Positions 52,424 to 64,000 of a DNA stretch of 64,000 bases are shown piece after piece (position 1 is the first letter of the stretch; each line of letters opens with the position of its first letter). The stretch spans positions 9,915,794-9,979,793 of the forward strand of contig NC_081404.1 in the NCBI RefSeq assembly GCF_030684315.1. The letters are read 5' to 3'. A program made the position numbers and the translations under genes. The notes under the pieces are model-generated. The model had not been told where the DNA came from. It made no database searches and was given only the letters and a program-made list of their open reading frames with translations. This stretch comes from Stegostoma tigrinum. Its lineage: Eukaryota.

Positions 52424-52765
52424 GGCATGGCGCTCTGTGGTTAGCACTGCTGCCTCACAGCACCAGGGACCCGGGTTCGATTCCAACCTTGTGCGACTGC
52501 AAGTTCCAGACAGACATTCTCCCTGTGTCTGCATGGTTTTCCTCTGGGTGTTCCAGTTTCCTCCCACAATCCAAAGATGTGCAGGTTAGGTGGCTTGGCC
52601 ATGCTAAATTTTCCATTGTGTCCAGGGATGAGTTGGTTAGGTGGATTAGCCATGGAGAATGCAAGGTTACAGGGGTAGGGTAGGGTAGGGGGTGGGTTTG
52701 GGTGAGATGCTGTTTGGAAGGTTGTTGTGGACTCAATAGCCTGCTTCCACACAGTAGGGAATCTA
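52424..52765 (+). mobile_element. HE1-type tRNA-derived SINE
   Basis: A-box-like tggcgctctgtgg and B-box ggttcgattcc; core gcatggttttcctctgggtgttccagtttcctcccacaatccaaagatgtgcaggttagg. Confidence 0.85.
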
Positions 52766-52973
52766 TCTTCAGTTGTGTTTTTGTTTTTTGCAGATACCTT
52801 CCTGTCTGTACAGTAATTGTAGATACAGCATCTTATCTATGACTCACTGGGGACATTAACAGCATTCATGTTCTTTCAAGCACACTTTTTCAGTAACAAC
52901 AAAGTAAATTTCACAATGTCACTTGATGATAGGATAGTTCTTGTGTTGTAAACTCCTTTCTTAAAATAGCTTT

Positions 52974-53159
52974 TTATAAGGCTTGTGTTTTGAGTTCGAT
53001 GGGCTCACTCCGAGGTTCTTGTTGCCCCTCAGCTTCTGGAGGGTGAGCTCCTTTAAGAATAGCAAGTCTCTCTGAAACACCTCTCATCCTGGGGAAGAGG
53101 ATAAAATCATAAAGCAGTGCTGCTATAGCACCTCCTATCAGAGGACCTACCCAGAATAC
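52974..53159 (-). CDS. MIP: Aquaporin-0 exon 4
   Basis: ttgcag|[10 protein letters not shown]...ELKTQAL*; 186 nt. Confidence 0.95.
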   Translation of the reverse strand, partial: VFWVGPLIGGAIAALLYDFILFPRMRGVSERLAILKGAHPPEAEGQQEPRSEPIELKTQAL

Positions 53160-54379
53160 CTGCAAAAATAAAGAAATAAGAACACCTTGAGACAAATGGT
53201 ATAATCTTATCTGAATTGAAAACTTTTCCTCTAAGTTTTTTTGGTATTTGATGTTGGCACGTTTTTGTACTGTGAAAGCATTAAAAATGGGTCAGATCCT
53301 GTTCACATGTAAACACTTTCCTGCACGGGTCACTATCTGATCAGGGAAATTCCAGCTTGGTTTCTTCATCACTGATTTGAGGTTGCCTGCAAATCAACTA
53401 GCTTGGCTTAAGCCAAATAACTTAATGATCTGAGTGGTTGAGTGGCTACCCTGAGTTAAGCATTTGTAATGTGTTTTACACAGGTGTTGCACAGTACAGC
53501 ACTGGCATGTAGTCTCTGTAACTGCATCCATTTGGTAGAACATTGAAAAGAAGTGACTGGAAAAAAAAGACGCTTGTTCCTTTCCTCACCCAGAGAAACT
53601 AAGACTTTCTGATATCCTCTCTTACTCCACCCCACCAACACACACACGTTTCCTATTCTTGCTTCTAGATTGCAAGTTGCAACATTGCAGTTTCTCAGTA
53701 AAATCCATCTTTTTCACTACCTTAGATTTTTTTATATTTTACATTATAAAACAAATAAAGTTATCCTTCTATCAGACCCTGTAGTGATCCAAAGAGATGC
53801 TTTCATTTCTCATGACAGTCTTTAAGAAGTTAATTTAGATAATGTATACTGACAATTTGTACTGAATTATGGAGAACTTCACATTTTAGTTAAAACATAA
53901 ATCCCTCTGTTGGAGTTTAAAGCCATGGAGGAGGCCATTTTGCATTTTAAAGTAGTCTTTCAGGTTACTTGGGAATCAAGAATATGCTTAAAGAATATTT
54001 AGAAGAATAGCTAGCTCAAAGCTGGTACATAGAGACTTACTAGAACTTCTGATATTTCTGAATTGATGCATTTTCTAAACTGAAGCAATTACATGTGTGA
54101 CTCTAATTGAGTATGAGATTAGATGTGTACTAGGATAAACAAATAAGTACCTTGTCCCCATTGTAACAACCTTGTTGACCTGTATTTGAGGAATCCTTGG
54201 TCATGAGTTGAAATGATGGGCAACTTTGCAAAGTCCTTGGGGCTACAAAAATCTCTCTGGTTTCTAACTTAGTGTGTTGTGGTTACCTGGCCTAGCAATT
54301 GAAGAAATTTACAACCTCAAATTAAGTGCTCATTGTTCAGCATACCACTGTATTTTAGCTGAATTCTGTTTATGCTTAC

Positions 54380-54460
54380 CCAGTGGTTTCCAAAGTTTCT
54401 AGTAAGTATGGCTGGTGCAAAGGAACGGGCTGGATTCATTCCACATCCTGTGTAATACAG
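54380..54460 (-). CDS. MIP: Aquaporin-0 exon 3
   Basis: ccag|[27 protein letters not shown]|gtaagc; 81 nt, second NPA motif (not in the ORF track). Confidence 0.95.
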
Positions 54461-54889
54461 CTGGATAAAAAGAAGATAAGCATAATTTCAAATTTTTTTT
54501 AATCCTCAATTCATAAGATAGATGTGAGTTATAGCTTAGTATTCCATTTATCGATCAAGTTTAATTCCATTTTTGTTTCCAACAGTTAGTGCTACACAGT
54601 GTATGTAAAGAGAAAAGATGAATTGCCTATCAAACTGAACTCTTCCAGTGGACCATGAAGTCTAATTTGATTTTTTTTCTGACTATCCATTTAAGTCTGA
54701 TATTGAAAGTTTTACCATAGTGCACTAAAACAATTGAAATTTGATTTGGCACAGTTTAAAAAAAATCAATTGAAATTGCCCTGAAGGGGTTGACACAAGT
54801 GTAATAACAAACTGTATGGTAATTGTTTTTGCTTGATGTTCATATATGTGTACGCTTTGGCATAAGTTACTGAATAATGACTAAGAGCA

Positions 54890-55045
54890 TGAGCCCTAGG
54901 CAATTTGTCTCTCCTTCCCAGCCCAGAGGTAAGGGGGGACTTTGGTCATTTTTAGCACCTCAGTTGTGTCCTGGCCAGGATGAGCTAACTCTGTACATAT
55001 TGGGCATCTTCTTGGTCTGTATAACTTAGTACCACACCAAGCAAT
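54890..55045 (-). mobile_element. Old SINE-like fragment in MIP intron 2
   Basis: Similar to 29005-29095 (agctaactctgtaca...ctgtataacttagtaccacac). Confidence 0.35.
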
Positions 55046-55143
55046 AGTATGTAAGTTAGGAAAGTGCTCATTATCTTGTTTATCTAGTTTCATTTCTACT
55101 AATATTCTATTTGTAAAGTTGAAGTGGAAAGTTGCAGACTTAC

Positions 55144-55308
55144 CCCAAAGAAGTGACCCACAGTGAGAGAAAAACCAATGATGATAGCAGCTGAGCCCAT
55201 GAATCCATTTCTGCGAACGTCTGTTGTGGCAAAAATACAGAGTACGAACTGAAGAGTAAGGAATATCTCCACAGCTGTACCCTGGCCCAGACCCACTCCA
55301 GCGTGCAG
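55144..55308 (-). CDS. MIP: Aquaporin-0 exon 2
   Basis: ctttag|[33 protein letters not shown]...GHFFG|gtaagt; 165 nt. Confidence 0.95.
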
Positions 55309-58019
55309 CTAAAGAATTAAAAAAAATAGGAAATGATAACAGACTAGAAAGTAATTCAGAAAAATATTTACAGATGTCTTTTTGATTTTGTTAGCAAGCA
55401 AAAATATTCAATGAACTGCACAGACCCATTAAAATTTTAAAGCCTTCTCCTTTCCCTTGTGTATTTGGGGTGAGTCCATTCTAGGGTTTGATTACTAACT
55501 GAAACCACAGGCACTTATATTTCAATGAATGCTAAATTGGATAAACATATGGATGATAATGGAATAGTGTAGGTTAGATGGGCTTCAGATTGGTTTCACA
55601 GGTCAACGCAACATGGCCTGAATTGCGCCATAATGTTCTAAAAAAGGAGTGCAAATTTAGAAAAGTGACTCAGTCAGAACCAGTCATGGTTGCTCGTTTA
55701 AGTGTCATTCCTTCAGAGTCAAACAATCAATTAGTAAAATAATCCAATTGAGGATAATTTGAATATGGGAGTTGAAATCACATTTTTTCCAATCTCCATA
55801 ACATCACATTCCTCCTTCCTTTTGTGAATTAAATATCCACTGAACAAGGGCAAGCAACTGTCTGTTGAACTGTGAATTAACGTTGAATTTTCATGTCTAT
55901 CAAGTTGAGGGATGTCAGTACTGGATGGATAATGCAACTAATTTTGGAATTAGTATTAGCATCAAACAGTTGGGTAAAACCAAAACTGCCTCTACTTTAC
56001 CCTAATAGTATGTTTTAGTCTTCAAGCTCAAAAGAGCTTGAATCATACCAGTTGTAAGATTTTAATTTTCCATGAACTACTTTTCCATGGTCTCGGAGTG
56101 AGCATGGCAATTTGGGCTAAACTACATATAATTCAGACTTGAGGAACAAAGTTCATATGGAAGAATACTGAAACTACCTAAGCTGGTTTCATATATGGTT
56201 CTGTAACTAGCTAGTTATGATTTCAAAGAAGGAAGCTTTGCGAGGTGGGTGCAGTGGGAGGTAAATAATTTAAAAGGTAATGCTTTAACCTACCATCATG
56301 AAGAGAGTTCAATTATGATCTTCCACAACTGTAAGAAAAATCTATGCCTGTGAACTTAACACTGGAAGAATGTATTACATAAATGTTAGCATATAGGAGA
56401 CATACATCATCCTAGAATTAAATCACAATCATGGTGAAATTTGACCAAATATCTAAAAAAAATTTTTTTGTACCAGCCCTCTCTGCAATCCTAGTCACTT
56501 CCAGCTTTCCATTTCCCATTTTAACTATGAAATGCTTTTGATGAAAGGTTGCACAGTTTTCTAGTTGTGCAAGAGATTAACATTTTTCTGCAACTGATAT
56601 CAAACATCAATCATGACTCCAATTGTTTTGCATTTCAATCTTCGCGCTCCTTCTGTTATGTATTCTACAACAGATAACAACATTCTAAAAATAGGAAATA
56701 AAACAAGAAATTTTTTTTCAAAAGAAAGCCGAATAAAGGTTGAATATGCACACTATGTTTCAGTATATGAACAGTAACATTTATGTTATTTGCTGGATGA
56801 TACATGCACAATAAGCTACGTTATACCATCTTTACAGGAGACTCAACCCCTGTTGTAAACATGCTGCTTTCTTGGCTGATGTACACATCTGAAATACCAG
56901 ACAACTCCTCAGTAAAATACTTCATGCTAATAATTTATTTGCTATAGTAAGCAGTACATAGCAGGAGTCCATGGCATGTTGAATTGGAAATCCCAAGTGA
57001 TCTCTATATGAAGATGCTCATTCCCTAATGCCTAATAGACTTCTTTGATATTTCACATACAATGAACTACCATGAAGTCCAGTTCCTAAAATTGTAAGCA
57101 AGTACATACAAGATGGTGAATGATCAGTTAATCTTTTTGGGTTGAGTTGTTTGAAGGAGAATGCTGAATAAAACGTGAAGAATCATTGCTCGATGAATAA
57201 CGCCATGGAATCTTATTGTCCACAACACCAGAACAAGTAAATGGAGCCATATGTTTTTAAGAATTATCCTCTTTATAGTCATTAAGTCTGGTAAGGGTAC
57301 TCATAAGCTTATTGCTAAACTAAGTGTTTCATCCTTGAGGGGTCAGGGAGAGGAGATTGGATTTGAGTTAATGATCTTGTGGGAAGTGTCCATGTCCGAG
57401 TGATTGAGCACACATTGTATGCAGCCTAATGCTAAACTGTGCAACTGAGCCCTGGCAAGCTGACAAATGATTCTGCATCCAGTAATTGGTGCAACAGTAC
57501 ATGTAATCCTTGCCAGGCTAGTTGTCTTGGAATATGCCTTGATCACCAGCACACCTATGGTTAATTATGTGTTCAGCTTTTAGCACATGTAGAGATCACC
57601 ATTGGTTTTCTCCCTGACATGGACAGGCAGCTGAAGAAAGGGTATTGAATATTAATTTGAATCTTGGAAATGGATTATAGCAAATTTTCCTGGTACTGAA
57701 GAATGATTTGTAATGATTTTGGCCAATTTACTATTTTATTCTAATCTTTAGGCTTACCAAAATCAAAACGTAAGAACAACTTTAAATACTTATTCCGAGG
57801 GTGTAGTGCTGAAACGTTGAAACTAAAATATTTGATGTGTTTGAACTACTTATGTTGAAAGATAATTGTAATATCCTTGTATCTTTCAGCTACGTCAGTG
57901 TTTCTTATTGTTACAAACTATTCTGAAGTCAATTGACTTAATACATCGACAAATGCAGAAATACTTATATACATTAAAACCTTACACAGAAATATGATCA
58001 ATTACCAGTGAATTTATTT

Positions 58020-59060
58020 TTAGCGCACTGCAAGATTCCACAAACAGTACTAAGACCGATGCCCAGCTAGTCCAGTGTACAGTAAAATCCTGCCAACAGG
58101 ACTCCGATCAGTGATGACAATAAGTTTTGGTAATGATTTGTACAGTGCAAGAACCCAAAGTTAACAATCGGAGCAATCAGTAGTTCGATTGCTTTGGTGT
58201 TTTGCACCCAGAAGGATTCGGTAAAAAATGAGATCCTACGTTCGAAGGAAGAGCAACGAGGTCACTGCCCAACTAGATTGCTTTAGTGGCTTATTGCTTT
58301 CAGCAAGGTCCCGCAAGCAGAAATTTGATTAGGGACTGACTGGTTTTGCGCAGAGCAAGATCCCACAGATCAAAAGTCAGGTCGGTGACTATTTAATTTG
58401 CTTTGATGTTTTCCACACAACTGGATTCCATTTTAAAAAACCCAATAATGACCAATAGGAAGGGTCTAGGCCCGAAACGTCAGCTTTTGTGCTCCTGAGA
58501 TGCTGCTTGGCCTGCTGTGTTCATCCAGCCTCACATTTTATTATCTTTGAATCTCCAGCATCTGCAGTTCCCATTATCTCTAATGACCAATATCGTCTGT
58601 TTCAGTAAATCTTTGTGCACAACAAAATCCCATCAAGTATACAACAAAATAGGCACTCCCCTACCCAGCAGCATAAACCGTCCCGTAGGTTTGTCCTGAT
58701 AGGTACAAACAAAAAAAGCATCGGCAATGCAGCTAGTCTGTTTTCGTGACGTTTGCGCACAGCAAGATCCCACAAAGCAATCCCCGTAATGATCACTGTC
58801 TGCTTTCGTGATGTTTGCGCATGGCAGGATCCCAAGAATAATATCACAACTGACCACTCTTGTCTGCTTTAGTGACGTTTGCGCACAAGATCCCGTGAAC
58901 AGCCCCACCAATGATCAGTCTCATCTGTTTTTCGTGACCCCTTCGTGCGCAGCAAGATCTCAATAGCAGCAATCCGATCAGCAGCAGCCAATCTGTTTCG
59001 CGCACATTTGGATCGTACTTGCGTACAGCAGGCTTCCATAAGCACCAATGAGATTAGTGA
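58020..59060. repeat. Degenerate ~60-65-bp tandem repeat in MIP intron 1
   Basis: Motif gcgcacagcaagatccca recurs (e.g. 58023, 58348, 58756, 58817, 58881, 58947). Confidence 0.7.
58458..58580 (+). mobile_element. Short hammerhead-family element, single arm (copy 5)
   Basis: 12-bp TSD taatgaccaata at 58446-58457 and 58581-58592; begins inside the hammerhead core; same 3' tail cagttcccattatctc. Confidence 0.85.
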
Positions 59061-61907
59061 CCTTGCTCCTTGTGGTTTTAGCACTATTAGTTGAGAAAGG
59101 AATATTGCCTTGGTTACTAGCAGAGCAATCAACCTGGGATCTGTTCGCTTTATACATCACACGAGCCGTCATTGCCACTGAGACATACACTAATATTTGC
59201 AAGTGAGTTGTCACTTTTTTACTATTTGCGTCCACGATATGAAAATGCTGACTTTAATTGCAGCCACTGCCTGTGCTCACCTTGACCAGGTATTATTTAT
59301 ATTGCAGCCTTTATTCTGGATGCTAAAGGGGGCTGCTACCAGAAGTAAATGCTTTCCTGGAGAAGGCAATGCTTATGCACTTGCTCTGTAGCACTGCAAA
59401 TGTTTGGACAAAATGTATCTGAAGCGGCCTAAGTTGTCCCCCCCTCTTCCCCCCGAGTTATTCCGACCGCAATACCAGCAACTGGAGAGCCCACCGAATC
59501 TGTTCTGCAAATCTTAGAAAGTATCTATACTTTTTAGGCTTGATACCAAATTGGGAGATTGGAACCTTCACTCTGAACTGATATTTGGATTGTTCAAACC
59601 TCCTGCCGTGAAAATTCACCTTCCACCTCCAACTCCTTCCCGGTGAGGTTTAGTAGGTCAGTTAGGAGATCGGTTTTCTTCACATGCCTTACCGGATACA
59701 CAAATTTTATCGGTTAGCGTCTGTTCACCAAGACCAAACGTTAAAGCTCATGCTGCAACACGCAGGTCCCAAAGCCTAGAATCACTACTGCAAGTAATGC
59801 AAACGCCAAGACCACAGAAGGGAGCAATCACCTCCAGAACTGATGGCAATTCACAGCTGAGTGAAACCTGCTTTTTGCCATTTTTAAAAAGAAAACTTTA
59901 TTTCCCAGCAATTTACAAGAATAACAAATGTATGTGACACCTAAAGCATCGCATACTCCCTGTTCTGTCCTACTTGCTAATATATTGAAACCCTCCAGTT
60001 TATTTATTAACATTTCAGCAGATTTCTAAGACCCTGAAAATGTCCAGGCTAGTATATTTAACCTACAGGGCTTTTATTTGAAATAAAATTCCTACGTAAT
60101 GTAACCGCGCCTGAGAAAAGCAATCCTTCAAATAAAACTACAAGTGAATAAATTCATGTTATGTCAATTATTGAAACAGAAATTAAGGCTTTTTAAAACG
60201 TCTGACATTCAAGGAAATTCGATCAAATTGATGGGACACTCAGGCTATAATTTTGGATGTGTCAAACAAATAGTAATCTCAGATGCAGACAAATCACCAA
60301 ACATCCTCAAACACGCCAGCTATTCAATTTAGCAATAATCACGTAATATTACTGTTCCTAATTTCAGTACCCGATTTTAGAAAGAAAACGCACATCTGGT
60401 CTACGTTTCAGGGTTACTGTTAAAATTCCAGGAAGGTGTTTTTTTTTCTTTTGTCATATCGGCCCCCAGAGAACGGCTGGTGTTGGATAGTATTTTATAA
60501 ACAGTATAGTCGAGCCCTCTTAGTCCGTAGAAACATGGAGGGGGAGGGCTGGTCTCACCCAGATTTTTAATGTAATTTTCGAAATATATGGCTAATTTTG
60601 TCTTGATAAATACTGAGGTTCGATTAAATTTCTGTCTGTTTTCACCTTGTCGGTTATAATGCCGAATTTCTGGCATTTTCATCACTCAATAAACTTCACT
60701 GCATTAAACAGGATCGAACAGTCCAAGAACTCCACGCAGAGAAAACCTGACTACAGTTCCGTGTTATTATTTTGTTTTAAGTTTATCATACATTATTGCT
60801 AGGTTAGAGCCAGAAATAAATTATCACTCCTTTTCAAAACTTCGATTGATCTGTCAAGGTATCAGATCTGCCTGTTGAGGCATTTTTAGTTAATTATTTG
60901 CAGTGTTATTTATATCAGGAAACGTGGAACTTTAAAAAATCTGAATGGTTTATTTGCATTTTGTGAAGAAAATCTCTTCATTTTGTTATGTTTAATTCCA
61001 AGTGGTGGGTAGCTTCCCAAATTTTCCTTCCTAAAGTTCAGACTCAGAATTAAGAAGCTTCTTGAATATGTCCTGGAGAGCAGCAATTCCCACTTGGTTC
61101 ACCATCTTCAAAAGTGTATAAAATGCAGTCATACTGTAACTACTGATAGATTATGTACACTCACCGCTTTATCTCACAGTAGACGAAACAAATACCTATT
61201 CAAAGTTATAGTCATCCCGTTTAAATGACGAGAGGTTTGAAAAGTAAACGGAGCAACGTTCCAGCAATTTTCATCACGGCACTTTCGATTAATATTCTTT
61301 TTGAAAGATTTCAAGTAACAGTTTACCAGGTTTGGTCGCATATTTCGCTGTCATTACAAGTACTGCATTCATTTCCACTTTTTTTATTTAATGCCGACTG
61401 GAATATTGCAATATGATGTTTTATTTCCTTATTCAAATCAAATAAATTTTAAACATCCTCGCATTTATTATTTCAACGAAAATTTTTTACCGTAGTTCGA
61501 AATGTATTTTATTTCAAATATTAAATGATCAATTCGATAAAGTTTAGATTTTACAACGGTTCAATCTGATTGTATAGATTCTCGATTAATGTGTCTCATA
61601 TCCTTAATACTTTGAAAATTGAGTTAGTTAACGTTACCTCAATTGATTCTCAAAGATGTTTCAGTCAAGCCTGTTGATTCAATAAAGGAAACTTTTAGAA
61701 GTACTGTTTATGGTCTCTACACGCTTACAGCGTCGTATTTTTCGAAACGCCTTTCGTAACTCTTATCAATCTTTGATTTTCCAGAACATCTATTTTTCTA
61801 TTTAATACTTGCTTTCAAAGTAAGGATTTTGTTGTTTTGCGCCCGCCAGATTCGTATTTTAACCTTTTTTTTTCTCCTGTTAAGTGTACGTTTGCCAACA
61901 TATTTAC

Positions 61908-62270
61908 CGTGTTGAGCCCCAGGTTGCCCCGTACTGAGGGAGGGGTGACCCCATACAGCACTGCTGCCCCCGCCACTGCCCCCAGGAGCTGAGCGACAAT
62001 GTACATTACACAGCGGAATATGCTCAGCTGCGCCCCCAGCAGGTAGGCGAAGGTAACGGCCGGGTTGAGGTGTGCCCCGCTGACATGTCCAACCGCCTGT
62101 ACCAGGGCAGCCAGGACAAAGCCAAAACCCAGAGAAACCAGCAGCACGTTCATGGGGCCCGGAGACCATCGCATGGTAAAGCCCAGTCCAAAAAACACGA
62201 AGAGCATGGTGGCAAAAAACTCTGCAAAGACTGCCCTCCAAAAGGAGATAGACTTCAGCTCCCACATCAT
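61908..62270 (-). CDS. MIP: Aquaporin-0 (lens major intrinsic protein) exon 1
   Basis: [21 protein letters not shown]...[13 protein letters not shown]...NLGLNT|gtaaat; the four exons give 263 aa from the second Met, all introns phase 0. Confidence 0.95.
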
Positions 62271-62381
62271 TCCCGATCCTTCAAAAAGCAGACTATTAAA
62301 AGAAAACAGAAAATAAAAAAAGGTGAAATTATCTCCTCACTCCTCAAACGTTCCCCCCAAATTTAATTGCATAGAATGACG

Positions 62382-62389
62382 TATTTATA
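62382..62389 (-). promoter_or_regulatory. Candidate TATA box of MIP
   Basis: TATAAATA on the - strand ~110 bp upstream of the ATG. Confidence 0.55.
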
Positions 62390-62989
62390 GGGGACTCTGA
62401 ATCTGACAACATTGTCTGTGGGAGGGACCTGTCCAGTTTATCGTTACATTTAACTGTTTCATCCCAGCGCACTGGGCATATTCCAGTGATTTATACTTCC
62501 ACCAGCCCCTGTCTGCAATCAAACGTAGTAACGATTGTCAGAAATACAAGAACAAGTAGGAAGGCAACAAGGATCCTTAAAGTTAAATTAAAATGCAAAA
62601 ATAAAACTTCAAATATCCTACACAACCCTGAGTAGCAAAAGGACAACAACTGAGAGGTAAGGTTACAGAGGGATGTGCAAGATGAAGTCAGATATTGTCA
62701 GTGAAATGGCAGAAATGAAGAAATTTAAAGTAGAAAAAAAACGAAATAATTGACAAACTTGACAAAACTAAAGAGGTTAAAATCTCTGTGTTGCATTCAT
62801 TCACGGCAAAGAAAATGCCAGGAAAGAGATTATAATACACATTTAATAGGATAGTGCCAGAAGATTGTTGGTCAGCTAATGTTACTTCAATATTCAACAG
62901 AAAAGATAGAACAAATCTCTGGAGCTGTACACCAGTTAACCTATGTTGATGGTGGGAAATGTAAAAGCATCTTTCCTCAAAGTTCCAAT

Positions 62990-64000
62990 TGAAAAACATC
63001 ACAAACATGAAACGTTGCATGGATTGCAATAGCAATGTAATGCTTGACCAACCGTGTTGAATTATTGGAGAAAGTAATGAACAGTAGACAAGGATAATGC
63101 AATAGATGTAATCTACGTGGTCTTGCAAAATGCTTTTAATAAGGTACAGCTGAGTAAGGTCAGACCATATGGATTTAGAACACAAGTAGCAAAATGGATA
63201 GCAAGCAGACTAAATATAAAGTTAATCAATTTGAAAAGATTGGAAGTGATAATATACAGGTATGGTGCTGGGACCACTGTTGTTCACCACTGATATCAAG
63301 ATTTGGTCTTGAGAACCAGAGGTACCATATTAAAATTTTCAGGTAGCAGCAAATTAGGTGGTAGAGTTAACGTTGAGGAAGATTGCAAGAAAACACAAAA
63401 AAAGTTGTCAAATTTGCAGAGTAAGTCTTTAAATGCAAAGTTGATTCCAATACAGATAAGTATTAGGTGATACAAATTTATAGAATCAATAAGAAAGGCA
63501 ATTATACAATCGAATGTAGGACACAAATGGGGGAAATCTCAAAAGGATCAGGGAATCACACTAAAAATAGCATCACAGGTCAACAAAGCCATAAATTAGG
63601 TTTCAAATGGGGTGCTGGTCTAACTTCCTAGCCAAATAGAATTCAAAGGCAGAGAAATTATATTATAATCTTAATGTGACCGTACTTAGAACATTATGCA
63701 TAGTTCTTGTCTCCATTTTACAATAAAGGAATAAATGAAGAAGTTTGAACATTTTATTTTTAAAAAAAGAGGACACAAGACGTTATAATTATCAGAAAGA
63801 TTGAATAGGTTGGGCCTCTTGCCTCTTGAATGAATAGGATGAGGGATAACCTGGAAGGGGTCTTCAAACTTCTGAAGAAGTTTAATTGGAAAGACATAGA
63901 GATCATCTTTCCAATTCTGGGGGATCCAGTGCCATGAATATTCAATAGTCACAAATAAATCCAATCAGCATTGTAGAGAAATTAATTAGGATGAAATTTA
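62990..64000 (+). mobile_element. Highly degraded CR1-type LINE
   Basis: Remnants of VDKxNAIDVIYxxxQxAFxKV (~63085-63145), VLGPLLF (~63265) and the CR1 3' ORF region. Confidence 0.55.

Noticed and set aside
52424-52500. tRNA gene
   Set aside because: It is the tRNA-derived head of an HE1-type SINE, continuing into the SINE core and tail
58020-59060. CRISPR-like array or repeat-protein exon (GSCAQTSRKQT ORFs)
   Set aside because: Eukaryotic intron; units are degenerate with no constant repeat/unique spacer structure, and frames are not maintained
61815-61907. ORF-track extension of MIP exon 1 (VNMLANV...)
   Set aside because: Read-through past the GT donor at 61907 into intron 1

Overview
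Vertebrate genomic DNA, most likely from a cartilaginous fish (shark), judging by HE1-type SINEs, CR1/HER1-type LINEs and the AQP0 sequence. It holds three protein-coding genes. The first is canonical single-coding-exon ZC3H10 (37026-38228, +). The second is a head-to-head ZC3H10 paralogue (5478-7124, -) whose first CCCH finger is amplified as four 159-bp tandem units, giving six fingers; its promoter/first exon and splice acceptor are also duplicated. The third is four-exon MIP/AQP0 (52974-62270, -). The spacer between the two ZC3H10 promoters holds a four-level nested stack: CR1 > Penelope-like > Penelope-like > decayed full-length Tx1-type LINE. Five short TSD-flanked elements (four of them fold-back) and several Penelope pseudo-LTRs carry minimal hammerhead-ribozyme cores. 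All calls are by eye; repeat boundaries are approximate and no database search was run.
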